Of a stretch of DNA of 64,000 nucleotides, positions 63,770 to 64,000 are shown piece after piece. Source of the stretch: Dimorphilus gyrociliatus (lineage: Eukaryota; Animalia; Annelida). The stretch spans positions 1 to 64,000 of the forward strand of contig CAJFCJ010000053.1 of NCBI GenBank assembly GCA_904063045.1. Direction: 5' to 3'. The position numbers and the translations under genes are program-made. The stretch's first letter is position 1, and each line of letters starts with the position of its first letter. Under the pieces are notes generated by a model. It was not told the origin of the DNA. It did no database searches and saw only the letters and a program-made list of their open reading frames with translations.

Positions 63770-64000
63770 AAGTAGGTAGGAAAAAAATTTAAGAAAAAAA
63801 TTTTTTGAAAATTTTTTGAAAAAATTTTTTCTGTTGGAAATTGTTTTAAATGTCGATTTTGGTGTATTTTTTCTTTGACTGCTTCCCAAAATCAACTGGG
63901 ACTCTTGAAATGTGAGAATCCTGTTTCTCTTTTTTGATTTAGTCAAAAAAAAACCCTTTGCAAAACACAAAAGAAAAAATAGACCTGAGGAACCTAATAG

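Larger units (their letters stand above)
61181..63964 (+). repeat. HHR-bracketed non-coding unit, copy 2
   Basis: Colinear with 23308-26055. Confidence 0.9.

Overview
AT-rich animal genomic DNA with compact 50-70 bp introns and TTAGGG-type telomeric repeats; the taxon cannot be assigned from sequence alone. No database searches were run, so all family calls come from motifs read by eye. The left ~20 kb holds host genes among transposon debris: a 4-exon single-pass receptor with two tandem Venus-flytrap domains, PAN/apple, LamG-like and CASPR-type fibrinogen-like genes, and a decayed BEL/Pao element. From ~17 kb onward the window is a patchwork of Penelope-like (PLE) retroelement material. It contains two long and two short copies of a GIY-YIG PLE with an unusual domain order and eight minimal type I hammerhead ribozymes (HHRs) in two families. 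Short (TAACCC)n tracts sit at element 3' ends and at 5' truncation points, resembling telomere-primed, Terminon/Athena-like serial additions. HHR family 1 belongs to a three-copy element: SGNH-like ORF, then HHR, then a tail joined to telomeric repeats. HHR family 2 brackets a duplicated ~2.2-kb non-coding unit carrying three pre-miRNA-like hairpins. Also present: an apparently intact MULE with 9-bp TSD and its MITE, an LTR-element integrase-env fragment with a class III (gB/chuvirus-like) glycoprotein, an OTU protease ORF, unknown ORFs, a ~180-bp repeat family and a 656-bp assembly gap.
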